From the NCBI RefSeq assembly GCF_000016745.1, contig NC_009483.1:660001-692000 (forward strand): a stretch of DNA of 32,000 nt, in the 5' to 3' direction. Position numbers and translations under genes: made by a program. Position 1 is the stretch's first letter, and every line of letters starts with the position of its first letter. Shown one piece after another: positions 1 to 6,525 of this stretch. The notes under the pieces are model-generated. The model searched no databases. It was not told the DNA's origin and saw nothing but the letters and a program-made list of their open reading frames with translations. The DNA comes from Geotalea uraniireducens Rf4. GTDB lineage: Bacteria > Desulfobacterota > Desulfuromonadia > Geobacterales > Geobacteraceae.

Positions 1-471
1 AACATATGAGGGGCGATCTCCGGAGAAATCGACGAACAGTTTCTCCCCGGCCTTGTGATCGAAGCGCATGACCGGATCTAGTCTCTTGCCGTGCTTCTGG
101 TAAAGTTCGCAGAACTGGCTGCGGCTATAGCCGTCAGGATGGATTGACCGGTATTCTTCCCAGAGAAGTTGAAGGGTTACCCCTTTTTTCTTCATCTCCA
201 GGCGCAGATAATCAAAGTCGGGAAGAGGCTTGCGAGAAGGAGCGCCACGACCTTCGGTGTAGAGACGAGTTTTCAAAGAACTGTCGTCAAGGGCAGAAAT
301 GGCGGCCCAGGCCAAGCCTGATCGTTTGATGCGCTCCAGGTAATCGCCGACGGTCGTGGGAGAAACTGCACAGGCCCGGGCAATGGCCCGCCTGCTCAGG
401 TCGTGCTCAAAATGGAGTCTTAGAATTTCACGTGCTGTTCTCATTGATTTCTTTCTGCCTTTCTTCACCAT
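1..471 (-). CDS. istA: IS21-family transposase IstA, N-terminal 157 codons; the gene runs off the left window edge
   Basis: Not in the supplied ORF track because it is open at the edge. Reverse-strand reading from ATG (complement of 469-471, GGAGG 5 nt upstream) gives MVKKGRKKSMRTAREILRLHFEHDLSRRAIARACAVSPTTVGDYLERIKRSGLAWAAISALDD...LEMKKKGVTLQLLWEEYRSIHPDGYSRSQFCELYQKHGKRLDPVMRFDHKAGEKLFVDFSGDRPSYV with no stop down to position 1. An HTH followed by the LLWEEY and MR..H.AGEK.FVDFSG motifs is typical of IstA. Confidence 0.85.
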   Translation of the reverse strand, partial: MVKKGRKKSMRTAREILRLHFEHDLSRRAIARACAVSPTTVGDYLERIKRSGLAWAAISALDDSSLKTRLYTEGRGAPSRKPLPDFDYLRLEMKKKGVTLQLLWEEYRSIHPDGYSRSQFCELYQKHGKRLDPVMRFDHKAGEKLFVDFSGDRPSYV

Positions 472-533
472 AGCCTCCGGAAAGTTTTTCCGAAGATGGT
501 AGATGATGTGACAGGAAGATGAAAAAAAGTTAG

Positions 534-673
534 TCCGGAAAAGATTGGACACCTATTCCGGAAATCCCGAAAAAGTGTCCAGTTAAAACCGGAATCGGTG
601 TCCATTCAAAACCGGAATGACTGTCCAACCTTTTCCGGAATTGGTGTCCAGTTTATATCGGAATCGGTGTCCA
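534..673. repeat. IS21 multiple terminal repeats (CCGGAAT-N2-3-GTGTCCA units)
   Basis: GTGTCCA at 575-581, 598-604, 644-650 and 667-673; variant CTGTCCA at 621-627; inverted copy TGGACAC at 546-552. Each copy is preceded by a CCGGAA(T)-like block (534-540, 557-563, 589-595, 611-618, 634-641, 657-664). Confidence 0.75.
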
Positions 674-1381
674 GTTTACTCCGGATTTTGCATCCTGCAT
701 ACCTGGACAAGAGCTCTGGAGCACCATCCCCACGTGCATATGCTGGTCCCCGCCGGCGGACTTGATAAAGACGGCCAATGGCGGGAGTCCCGCAAGAAGT
801 ACCTCGTGCCGGTGAAAGCCCTGTCAAAGGGCTTTCGCTACCGGTTCATGAAGATGGCCAGAAAAGCACTTCCCGAGGTGATCTTTCCTGGGCAAGTCTG
901 GGACAAGGAGTGGGTGGTCTTCTGCAAACCGACCTTCAACCGGGCAAAAAAGGTGTTCCATTACCTTGGCAGATACGTCCACCGCATCGCCATTACCAAT
1001 AACCGTATTCTTGCCCTGGATAACGGTCAGGTCGTCTTCCGCTACCAGAATTCCGACACCAGAGAGTGGAAGAATATGCGGCTACCGGTAAAGGAGTTCC
1101 TGCGTCGCTACCTGCAGCACGTCCTGCCGCAGGGGTTTCACAAGGTCCGCTACTACGGACTTTTAAGTCCAGGAAATAGAGTAACCCTGAAACGGTTGCA
1201 GCTCCTGCTTGCAGAGAGAAGAAAGACAAAAGAAGAAAAGAACGAAGAGACTTCTCCGCCACCGGCAGAGCGCCGCTGTCCCTGCTGTGAAGAGGGGACA
1301 ATGGTGATAATCAGCTGGCTGCCGCGTAAAGCGAGAAGCCCGCCGCAAGGAAGGGCACGGACAATAACGACAAAACAGTGA
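674..1381 (+). pseudogene. IS91-family (Y2/HUH rolling-circle) transposase, C-terminal fragment truncated at its 5' side by the IS21 insertion
   Basis: The frame of ORF 617-1381 reads ...GFCILHTWTRALEHHPHVHMLVPAGGL...WVVFCKPTFNRAKKVFHYLGRYVHRIAITNNRILALDNGQVVFRYQ...LQHVLPQGFHKVRYYGLLSPGNR...CPCCEEG. These are the HTW..L..HPH.H, LGRY.HR.AI.N.R and HVLP.GF..VR.YG motifs of Y2_Tnp-type IS91 transposases. The N-terminal half, including the zinc-binding region, is missing. The first residues of the supplied ORF are translated IS21 repeats. Confidence 0.85.
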
Positions 1382-1614
1382 AAAGCAGCGCGGGACAAAA
1401 CCGGCGCAACGCCACAACTGCGCCCGAAGTTGGCAAAAATTGTAAAGTCCGATGGTTAAACAAGGCAGGGAATCAGAGAAATTCTGATAAATGAGACAAT
1501 CAACAACAATTCTTTATTGAATTGCCCTCATAAAACCCGTATTATCCACGCACCCAAAGACAAAAATCGGTATAAAAATCCAGATAGCACGTGCACAGGC
1601 CCGAAGACGGTTTA

Positions 1615-1680
1615 GTCCAACACGACTTTATGCGGCGGCTCCGCTTCGCTACGCACCGCATAAAGTCTTATTCGTTGGAC
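1615..1680 (+). other. integron attC recombination site (attC-1, 66 nt)
   Basis: GTCCAAC (1615-1621) fits the R'' box RYYYAAC. GTTGGAC (1674-1680) fits the R' box GTTRRRY. There is a perfect 12-bp inner stem, GACTTTATGCGG (1624-1635) with CCGCATAAAGTC (1656-1667). The spacers are unequal (2 nt versus 6 nt). The next ORF starts 22 nt downstream. Confidence 0.7.
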
Positions 1681-1701
1681 AAAAAAGGAGGGACTGAAAA
1701 T

Positions 1702-1911
1702 ATGTTAGTTTCAGCTAATTGGGCTGTAAAATTGTGTTACGCCTCTTCGTTGCTTTTTTTGTTACAAGGATGCTGTATGATAACAAAAAATTTAAACAAT
1801 GCCGGTGTTAGCTATCAAGTTATTAGCGAGCCTAAATCTGTAAAACTAGATAGCAAAAAGCTTTACATTCTATATTCTACAAATAGCCATAAACATGAAA
1901 TAAGTTATTTT
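1702..1911 (+). pseudogene. cassette-borne small lipoprotein gene, N-terminal fragment (70 codons), interrupted by ISL3
   Basis: ATG at 1702 with AGGAGGG about 9 nt upstream. MLVSANWAVKLCYASSLLFLLQGCCMITKN has a signal peptide and a lipobox-like LQGC. The reading frame continues exactly into 3262 once the IS and one TSD copy are removed. The sequence is AT-rich. Confidence 0.75.
1904..1911. repeat. ISL3 target-site duplication, left copy (GTTATTTT)
   Basis: Identical 8-mer directly abutting both inverted repeats (1904-1911 and 3254-3261). Confidence 0.9.
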
Positions 1912-1937
1912 GGCTCCTCGACGAATTGAGTGGGTAG
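1912..1937. repeat. ISL3 left inverted repeat
   Basis: See the element entry; it starts with GGCTC, as ISL3-family IRs typically do. Confidence 0.85.
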
Positions 1938-1997
1938 CCTGGGCCGGGTTGATGTAAGATAGGCCACCATCACTCAGCCTGGAGGTTAGTAATCGCT

Positions 1998-3239
1998 ATG
2001 AATCCTGAAGATCTTTTTGGTGCTGCTCTTGGAATTGCCATCCCGTGGAAGGTTACCTCTGTTGACTTCAACAAGAAGTCAAGTCGTTTGGACATAACCA
2101 TCGACTTCCAGCGGGGAGCCACCTTTCCCTGTCCGGTCTGCGGAACGTTGTCACCAGTCCATGACACCACGGAGAAAGAGTGGCGGCATCTGAATTTCTT
2201 CCAGTACGAAGCCTACCTTCATGCGCGTGTTCCACGGGTAAAGTGCCCTAACAGCGACTGCGGCGTGAAGTTGGTCCAGGTACCCTGGGCTCGCGCAGGC
2301 TCAGGATTTACGCTGCTGTTTGAGGCCCTGGCCATGACCATGGCTCGTGATTTGCCGGTGAAGGTCATGAGCAGGCTGTTTGCCGTTACCGATACCCGTC
2401 TATGGCGGTTGATTCAATCCTATGTCGAGAAGACAAGGGCCGCAGAAGACTTCTCCGAGGTGAAGAGGGTCGGTGCGGATGAAACCTTTGCCGGGCGCAG
2501 TCATGACGAGAAATTCGTCACCTTCTTCTTCGACCTCGACATGCATAAGCTCTTGTTCGGCACGACGGGAAAGGACAACGAAACAGTCAAGAGCTTCGTC
2601 GCGGACCTTAAGTCACATGGCGGCGATCCTGATAGCATCACAGACGCTGCTATTGACATGTCCAAGGCATTCATAAAGGGTGTCAAAGAGCAGTTGCCCC
2701 ATGCCGTGGTCACCTTCGATAAATTCCACGTCATCAAGCTTATGAACGATAAGCTTAGTAAGATAAGGGCTCAAGAAGCCAGGTTATTTCCTGAAATCCT
2801 GAAAAAGAGCAGAAACCTGTTCCTCAAAAATCCAGAGAACCTGACACCGGAAGAGGAACAGCGCCTGGATGCCATTATCACCAGTCAAAGCTTAAGGAGT
2901 ACGGAAGCTTACATGCACAAGCTGAACCTTCAGAACGTCTATTTTGCTTCAAGCCGAACGGAGGCAGAAACCCTGTTGACCAAATGGCATCGGAAAGCCG
3001 CCGCAAGCTCAATCCAACTCATCAAGAACATGGCCGAATCTGTAAAAGAGCATTGGGATGGCATTCTGGCACATTTTGAAAGCGGCCTGACTAGCGGCTT
3101 CATTGAGGGCATCAACAGCCTAATTCAATCAGCCAAAACTCGGGCACGAGGCTATCGGAATCCTGACAACTTGATCTGCATGGCTTATCTGGTTGCAGGC
3201 AAGCTCAACCTAAAGTCGCTATTCCCTCTACCCACTTGA
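1998..3239 (+). CDS. ISL3-family transposase (zf-ISL3 + DDE_Tnp_ISL3)
   Basis: 413-aa ORF. The N-terminal zinc-finger region is CPVCG...VKCPNSDCG. It continues with VGADETFAGRSHDEKFVTFFFDL, DAAIDMSKAFIKGV, VTFDKFHVIKLMNDKL and GFIEGINSLIQSAKTRARGYRN, the conserved blocks of ISL3 (IS204/IS1001/IS1096/IS1165-type) transposases. The stop codon lies inside the right IR. Confidence 0.93.
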   Translation: MNPEDLFGAALGIAIPWKVTSVDFNKKSSRLDITIDFQRGATFPCPVCGTLSPVHDTTEKEWRHLNFFQYEAYLHARVPRVKCPNSDCGVKLVQVPWARAGSGFTLLFEALAMTMARDLPVKVMSRLFAVTDTRLWRLIQSYVEKTRAAEDFSEVKRVGADETFAGRSHDEKFVTFFFDLDMHKLLFGTTGKDNETVKSFVADLKSHGGDPDSITDAAIDMSKAFIKGVKEQLPHAVVTFDKFHVIKLMNDKLSKIRAQEARLFPEILKKSRNLFLKNPENLTPEEEQRLDAIITSQSLRSTEAYMHKLNLQNVYFASSRTEAETLLTKWHRKAAASSIQLIKNMAESVKEHWDGILAHFESGLTSGFIEGINSLIQSAKTRARGYRNPDNLICMAYLVAGKLNLKSLFPLPT

Positions 3240-3253
3240 TTCGTTGCAGAGCC
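3228..3253. repeat. ISL3 right inverted repeat
   Basis: CTACCCACTTGATTCGTTGCAGAGCC is the reverse complement partner of 1912-1937. Confidence 0.85.
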
Positions 3254-3831
3254 GTTATTTTGGAGAGTATATAAATAGCACGCCATACCAAAAACATAGC
3301 GGAATCTTGTATACAGTTATAGATCTTGACAAATACACGGTTAAGACAAACTCTGACACTGAGAGAAGTCAATACATTCTCCATTTCATGAAAGAGCAAA
3401 ACATTTCTAAGGCAACTATATTAAGAAAAAGTTATCCATCCCAGGATTATCTTGGCACCACTCCGGGTGATAACAACTGGAATTTGATACCGGGTAGTGT
3501 AGTTAACCTTAATTTGCTTAAAGAAGAGCGTGATATAGAACTTCAAAGAGTTACTGATGTACTTATTTCAAAAACCGAAGCTGCTTCTCCATATTTTTTA
3601 AATTTTATTAGGAGATCAGATTGCCATAATTGTTACGAGATTTACCTAGTAAATAAGGTTAATGCCTCAGAGGTCTATATCATAGATGTACCTCCCATAC
3701 CTGATTATCAAACAGTCAGTTCTCTCTCAGCTTTAAAAATATTTCTTTACCCGTTGACGATTGCGGCTGACATTGGCACATCACCAATACAGTTCGTCTT
3801 GGCTATGAAGGAACTCTCAACGGCTCACTAA
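3254..3831 (+). pseudogene. cassette-borne small lipoprotein gene, C-terminal fragment (begins with the right TSD copy)
   Basis: The frame of ORF 3244-3831 reads ...YFGEYINSTPYQKHSGILYTVIDLDK... The left fragment ends ...HKHEISYF. Joining 1911 to 3262 restores an uninterrupted protein of about 259 aa. I recognise no family. Confidence 0.75.
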
Positions 3832-3875
3832 TACATAATTTCGTAACTTTACAAGCCGTTCCAATTACAATCAGA

Positions 3876-3932
3876 GTCCAACACTTACGACCCGCCCAAA
3901 TAACCGGCGGGTCAAACCCAGGCCCGTTGAAC
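3876..3932 (+). other. integron attC recombination site (attC-2, 57 nt)
   Basis: GTCCAAC (3876-3882) and GTTGAAC (3926-3932) fit RYYYAAC and GTTRRRY. The inner stem is GACCCGCC (3889-3896) with GGCGGGTC (3906-3913). The spacers are unequal (6 versus 12 nt). It lies 44 nt after the stop of the preceding gene and 44 nt before the next start. Confidence 0.7.
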
Positions 3933-3975
3933 GATAAATTTCTGATGACAAACGGCACACAAGGGACTATGATTT

Positions 3976-4266
3976 ATGAAGCCAATTAACTGGAACTCAG
4001 ATAAGAACATGCAACTCAAAGCGGAACGCGGGATATCCTTTGAGGAGGTGCTGGTTGCCGTGTCCCAGGGAGCGATTCTCGATGTTGTCGAACACCCCAA
4101 CAAAGATAAATACCCGAACCAGCGCATAATTATTGTCCGTATTCGCGGTTACGCTTTCTTGGTTTCTTTTGTCGAAACAAATGATGAAATCTTTCTGAAG
4201 ACGATCATTCCAAGCCGAAGCGCCACGAAAAGGTATCTTCCGGAGGAAAACAAAAATGAAAAGTAA
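3976..4266 (+). CDS. brnT: BrnT-family (DUF497/COG2929-like) type II toxin
   Basis: 96 aa. W.SDKN..LKAERGISFEEV at the N-terminus and IFLKTIIPSRSATKRY near the C-terminus match the BrnT pattern (W...K......HG.SF.E.....iRIISAR.AtK.E...Y). It overlaps the downstream antitoxin gene by 11 nt. Confidence 0.75.
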   Translation: MKPINWNSDKNMQLKAERGISFEEVLVAVSQGAILDVVEHPNKDKYPNQRIIIVRIRGYAFLVSFVETNDEIFLKTIIPSRSATKRYLPEENKNEK

Positions 4267-4594
4267 AATAAAAACTGAAGACAAAAAATATGAAGAGGAC
4301 ATTCTCAATTCATTTGAAAAGGGAGAATGGCAATCGGTACCTAACTTGAAGGATGAGCTAGAACGTTATGTATCTAGTGCTGCGGCGACACTTTCAAAAG
4401 ACAAACGAATTAACATTCGCCTTTCTTCTCACGACTTAGAGGATATTCAAATGCGGGCAGCAGAGGAAGGCATGCCCTATCAGACGTTGATTGCTAGCAT
4501 CCTTCATAAGTATGCCAGCGGCCGGCTCGTCGATATTGCATCGCGTCCAACAACGCGCTCAACCGGGCGCGTGAAAAAGCTGCGCGCCGGTTAG
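4256..4594 (+). CDS. CopG/RHH-type antitoxin (COG5304 / BrnA-like) partner of the BrnT-like toxin
   Basis: 112 aa. DILNSFEKGEW...KDKRINIRLSSHDLEDIQMRAAEEGMPYQTLIASILHKYASGRL is the conserved block of the RHH antitoxins paired with DUF497 toxins. The last ~16 codons lie inside attC-3. Confidence 0.75.
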   Translation: MKSKIKTEDKKYEEDILNSFEKGEWQSVPNLKDELERYVSSAAATLSKDKRINIRLSSHDLEDIQMRAAEEGMPYQTLIASILHKYASGRLVDIASRPTTRSTGRVKKLRAG

Positions 4595-4610
4595 CTCACA
4601 ACCGTTGGAC
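4545..4610 (+). other. integron attC recombination site (attC-3, 66 nt)
   Basis: GTCCAAC (4545-4551) and GTTGGAC (4604-4610). The inner stem pairs 4561-4571 (AACCGGGCGCG) with 4582-4592 (GCGCGCCGGTT), giving 10 bp and a single bulged G at 4567. It has the same length and the same end boxes as attC-1, but an unrelated interior. Confidence 0.7.
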
Positions 4611-4628
4611 CAGGAGAATAAACCAAAA

Positions 4629-5042
4629 ATGAAAACAAAAATGGGATACTGTGGCGACGTCTGTGACTATTGCCCTCGATATATTGCAACTCAAAGCGGA
4701 GATAAGAGCAAACTGAAAGAAGTTGCGATCCTATGGTATAAAGCTGTCGCGCGACCGAAGATATTGACACCTGAGGAAATGATATGTCACGGATGCTTTC
4801 CCAACAAAGCATGTCAATTTGGCATTGCACAGTGTGCTTCGGAAAAAGGCGTAAGTCATTGTGGAGAATGTTCTGATTATCCATGTGAAAATCTTAAATC
4901 TAGATTTGATCTTATTCCGTCGATCTCAGAAACATGGAAAAGTATCTGCACAAAAGAAGAATATGAACTCATTCATAAGGCATTTTGGCAAAAGAAAGAG
5001 AACTTGGACAAGGCTCGGGAGGAGTATCTTTCTAGAAAATAA
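4629..5042 (+). CDS. DUF3795 domain-containing Cys-rich protein
   Basis: MKTKMGYCGDVCDYCPRY...CHGCFPNKACQFGIAQCASEKGVSHCGECSDYPCENL has the CG..C..CP ... C.GC ... C ... C ... C..C..YPC spacing of DUF3795. I prefer ATG 4629 (GGAG 12 nt upstream) to the TTG at 4605, which lies inside attC-3. Confidence 0.75.
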   Translation: MKTKMGYCGDVCDYCPRYIATQSGDKSKLKEVAILWYKAVARPKILTPEEMICHGCFPNKACQFGIAQCASEKGVSHCGECSDYPCENLKSRFDLIPSISETWKSICTKEEYELIHKAFWQKKENLDKAREEYLSRK

Positions 5043-5194
5043 GGGAAAATAGAGGGAGGGGCTGCGGGGGCAGGCGTGCAATTATGCAATTTGGTGAAGA
5101 ACCCAGCCAAAAATGAAGGCGTGAGTGGTCTTGGTAAAGGCAAATTCCAAATATTGGTTTGCAACACCTCAAATCTGAAGCAGAGGCAGTCCGT

Positions 5195-6079
5195 ATGAGC
5201 GCAAAAAAAAAGAATTTTCATAAGTTCCGTGCAGAAGGAACTTGAACTGGAGCGGGCCTCCGTGGCTAGTCTCATCGCGACCGATCCCTTCCTTCTTCAA
5301 CACTGCACGCCGGTGCTGTTCGAGAAGGAACCCCCACCTTCGCATCCGGCATCTCGGCCCTACCTTGACTCCCTCCGGGACTGTGCCGTGTATGTGCTGC
5401 TCATAGCCAACGAATACGGCCAGCGGGATGGCGACTTTTCAGCCATGCACTATGAGTATCGTCTCGCCCAGGATTTGCAACTCCCGACCATTATTTTTAT
5501 TAAGGGAGCCACTGACGCTGGCCGGTCAGAAGAAACCAACGAGTTGATCAAAGAGATCAAAAGGGCCGGGCACACCTACAAGCGCTTTCACGACCGCCGC
5601 TCAAGCCCCTTACCTTGGCCAAGCTCCGCCGGGGCGGATACCGTCCCTGTTCGCGTAATCCACTCATTGCCCAGACACTCGCCACTCTCGACAAGATGGA
5701 GCAGCGCGGCAGCGGCTTTGCACGCATGCGCGACGCCATGCTTGACCACGGGCTCAACGAGGCAAAGATTGACCAGCAGGATGGTTTCTTTGTCGTCACG
5801 CTTTCCGGCCCGGATGGCAATTATGACCGGATAAAGACGCCGACCAATATTCCGGCGTTAGTGTCATCGGCGGTGGAGGCACGACTGACTGAACGACAGC
5901 GTCAGATGATGGCGGCACTGGTACAAGGCGAAATTTTAACCAGCAAAATTTGTCAGGAACGCTTTAATGTGTCGGCTCCGGTGATATTTGCCGATTTCCA
6001 GAAGCTTATCGAAGAGGGTTTAGTGGAGCGCATTGGCGCTGGACGGGCCACCCGCTACATTCTCCGGTCCAGGTCATAA
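5195..6079 (+). pseudogene. decayed DUF4062 / HATPase_c_4 / winged-helix protein gene (frameshifted and internally deleted)
   Basis: ATG 5195 is followed by an A9 run (5203-5211). With A8 the reading would be MSAKKRIFISSVQKELELERASVASLI..., the canonical DUF4062 start (FISS.Q.EL..ER). With A9 the ATG is out of frame. The DUF4062 frame (5229-) loses sense near 5590. A second frame (5615-6079) then reads LTLAKLRRGGYRPCSRNPLIAQTLATLDKMEQRGSGFARMRDAMLDHGL...FFVVTL plus a C-terminal HTH (GLVERIGAGRATRYIL). That is the C-terminal end of AlbA_2/HATPase_c_4 regulators. The whole central AlbA_2 part is missing. Confidence 0.7.
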
Positions 6080-6264
6080 TCATAAGGGAATCATTAGGTC
6101 AAATCATGAAATCATTAACCCCGAGCTGAATGGGCACCAATCGGTGGGCAGGTTCAACTTCTAAACATTACCAGAACAGACACCTCTGGGCTTTGATTTT
6201 ATGCTATTCAATTCGTCATCAAGTCTGCAATATTACCTTGCAATTTTGCAATACCGGCGACTAT

Positions 6265-6456
6265 TTGGTCGAGATTCAGGGAGAACGTGTGGGGATTTCT
6301 GGGGACAGCATACTTAATTGGATAATCATGAGACAAAATGTCAATACCAGTCTTTTATCAATCCAGAAATGGGAGATTGGCGAGAAGCACCCCGGCGGTC
6401 CATCCCTGAAACTTCTGAACATCCTTGATCGCAAAGGGATTGAGGCTTTGATTTAA
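6265..6456 (+). CDS. possible small XRE/COG2944-like HTH protein (orphan antitoxin-like); start uncertain, may be a remnant
   Basis: The C-terminal NVNTSLLSIQKWEIGEKHPGGPSLKLLNILDRKGIEAL resembles the ..vs..tvq.WE.G.r.P.G.a.kLL motif of YiaG/HigA-like HTH antitoxins. Only a TTG (6265) or the late ATG 6328 is available as a start, and the RBS is weak. Confidence 0.35.
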   Translation: MVEIQGERVGISGDSILNWIIMRQNVNTSLLSIQKWEIGEKHPGGPSLKLLNILDRKGIEALI

Positions 6457-6525
6457 CGCACACAAAAGCCCGAAAAAGGGGCCATTTCATCATGACCAAC
6501 GCCACGCAATGGCCTTTTACTATGG

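Larger units (their letters stand above)
1..673 (-). mobile_element. IS21-family insertion sequence, one end only (the rest lies left of the window)
   Basis: istA 5' end plus a roughly 200-bp non-coding terminal region with multiple repeats. The outermost repeat reads 5'-TGGACACC on the IS strand, giving the 5'-TG terminus expected for IS21-family ends. The exact boundary (673 versus up to 692) is uncertain. Confidence 0.7.
1912..3253 (+). mobile_element. complete ISL3-family insertion sequence (1342 bp)
   Basis: 26-bp terminal inverted repeats, GGCTCCTCGACGAATTGAGTGGGTAG (1912-1937) and the reverse complement of 3228-3253, GGCTCTGCAACGAATCAAGTGGGTAG, match at 21/26 positions by hand. There is a single transposase ORF and a perfect 8-bp direct repeat of the target, the size expected for ISL3. 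Confidence 0.92.

Noticed and set aside
144-329. 61-aa forward ORF at the left edge, and 606-827(-).
   Set aside because: The first is antisense to the clearly recognisable istA 5' region. The second spans the IS21 terminal repeats and the IS91 junction. Neither has motifs or an RBS.
1403-1461. Possible fourth attC (GCGCAAC ... GTTAAAC, 59 nt) between the IS91 fragment and attC-1.
   Set aside because: The R'' box has a mismatch, the two boxes are poorly complementary, and the interior does not form the two-stem attC structure. The only good stem is the short GGCGCA/TGCGCC hairpin.
1615-1680. Alternative reading of this hairpin as the IS91 oriIS/terIS end or as a generic terminator.
   Set aside because: It shares exact end boxes and exact length with the element at 4545-4610 and end boxes with 3876-3932, neither of which is near an IS91. 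It has no T-run. An IS91 end may still lie somewhere in 1382-1614, but I could not identify it.
1591-1929. Track ORF starting at 1591 (MHRPEDGLVQHDFMRRLRFATHRIKS...).
   Set aside because: Its first 37 codons translate the attC-1 hairpin. The real start is ATG 1702 with a strong RBS, and the last 6 codons are ISL3 IR sequence.
5043-5194. Search for an attC after the DUF3795 gene. I noted the long-range pairing TGCAATTTGG (about 5081-5090) with CCAAAT...TGCA (about 5147-5163).
   Set aside because: There are no RYYYAAC/GTTRRRY boxes in the correct order, and the pairing is weak with a 7-nt bulge.
5229-6079. Treating 5229-5834 and 5615-6079 as two independent overlapping genes.
   Set aside because: The first loses family similarity after about residue 120 and becomes Pro/Ser/Arg junk. 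The second starts in mid-domain. Together they are the two ends of one known architecture, so I call this a pseudogene.
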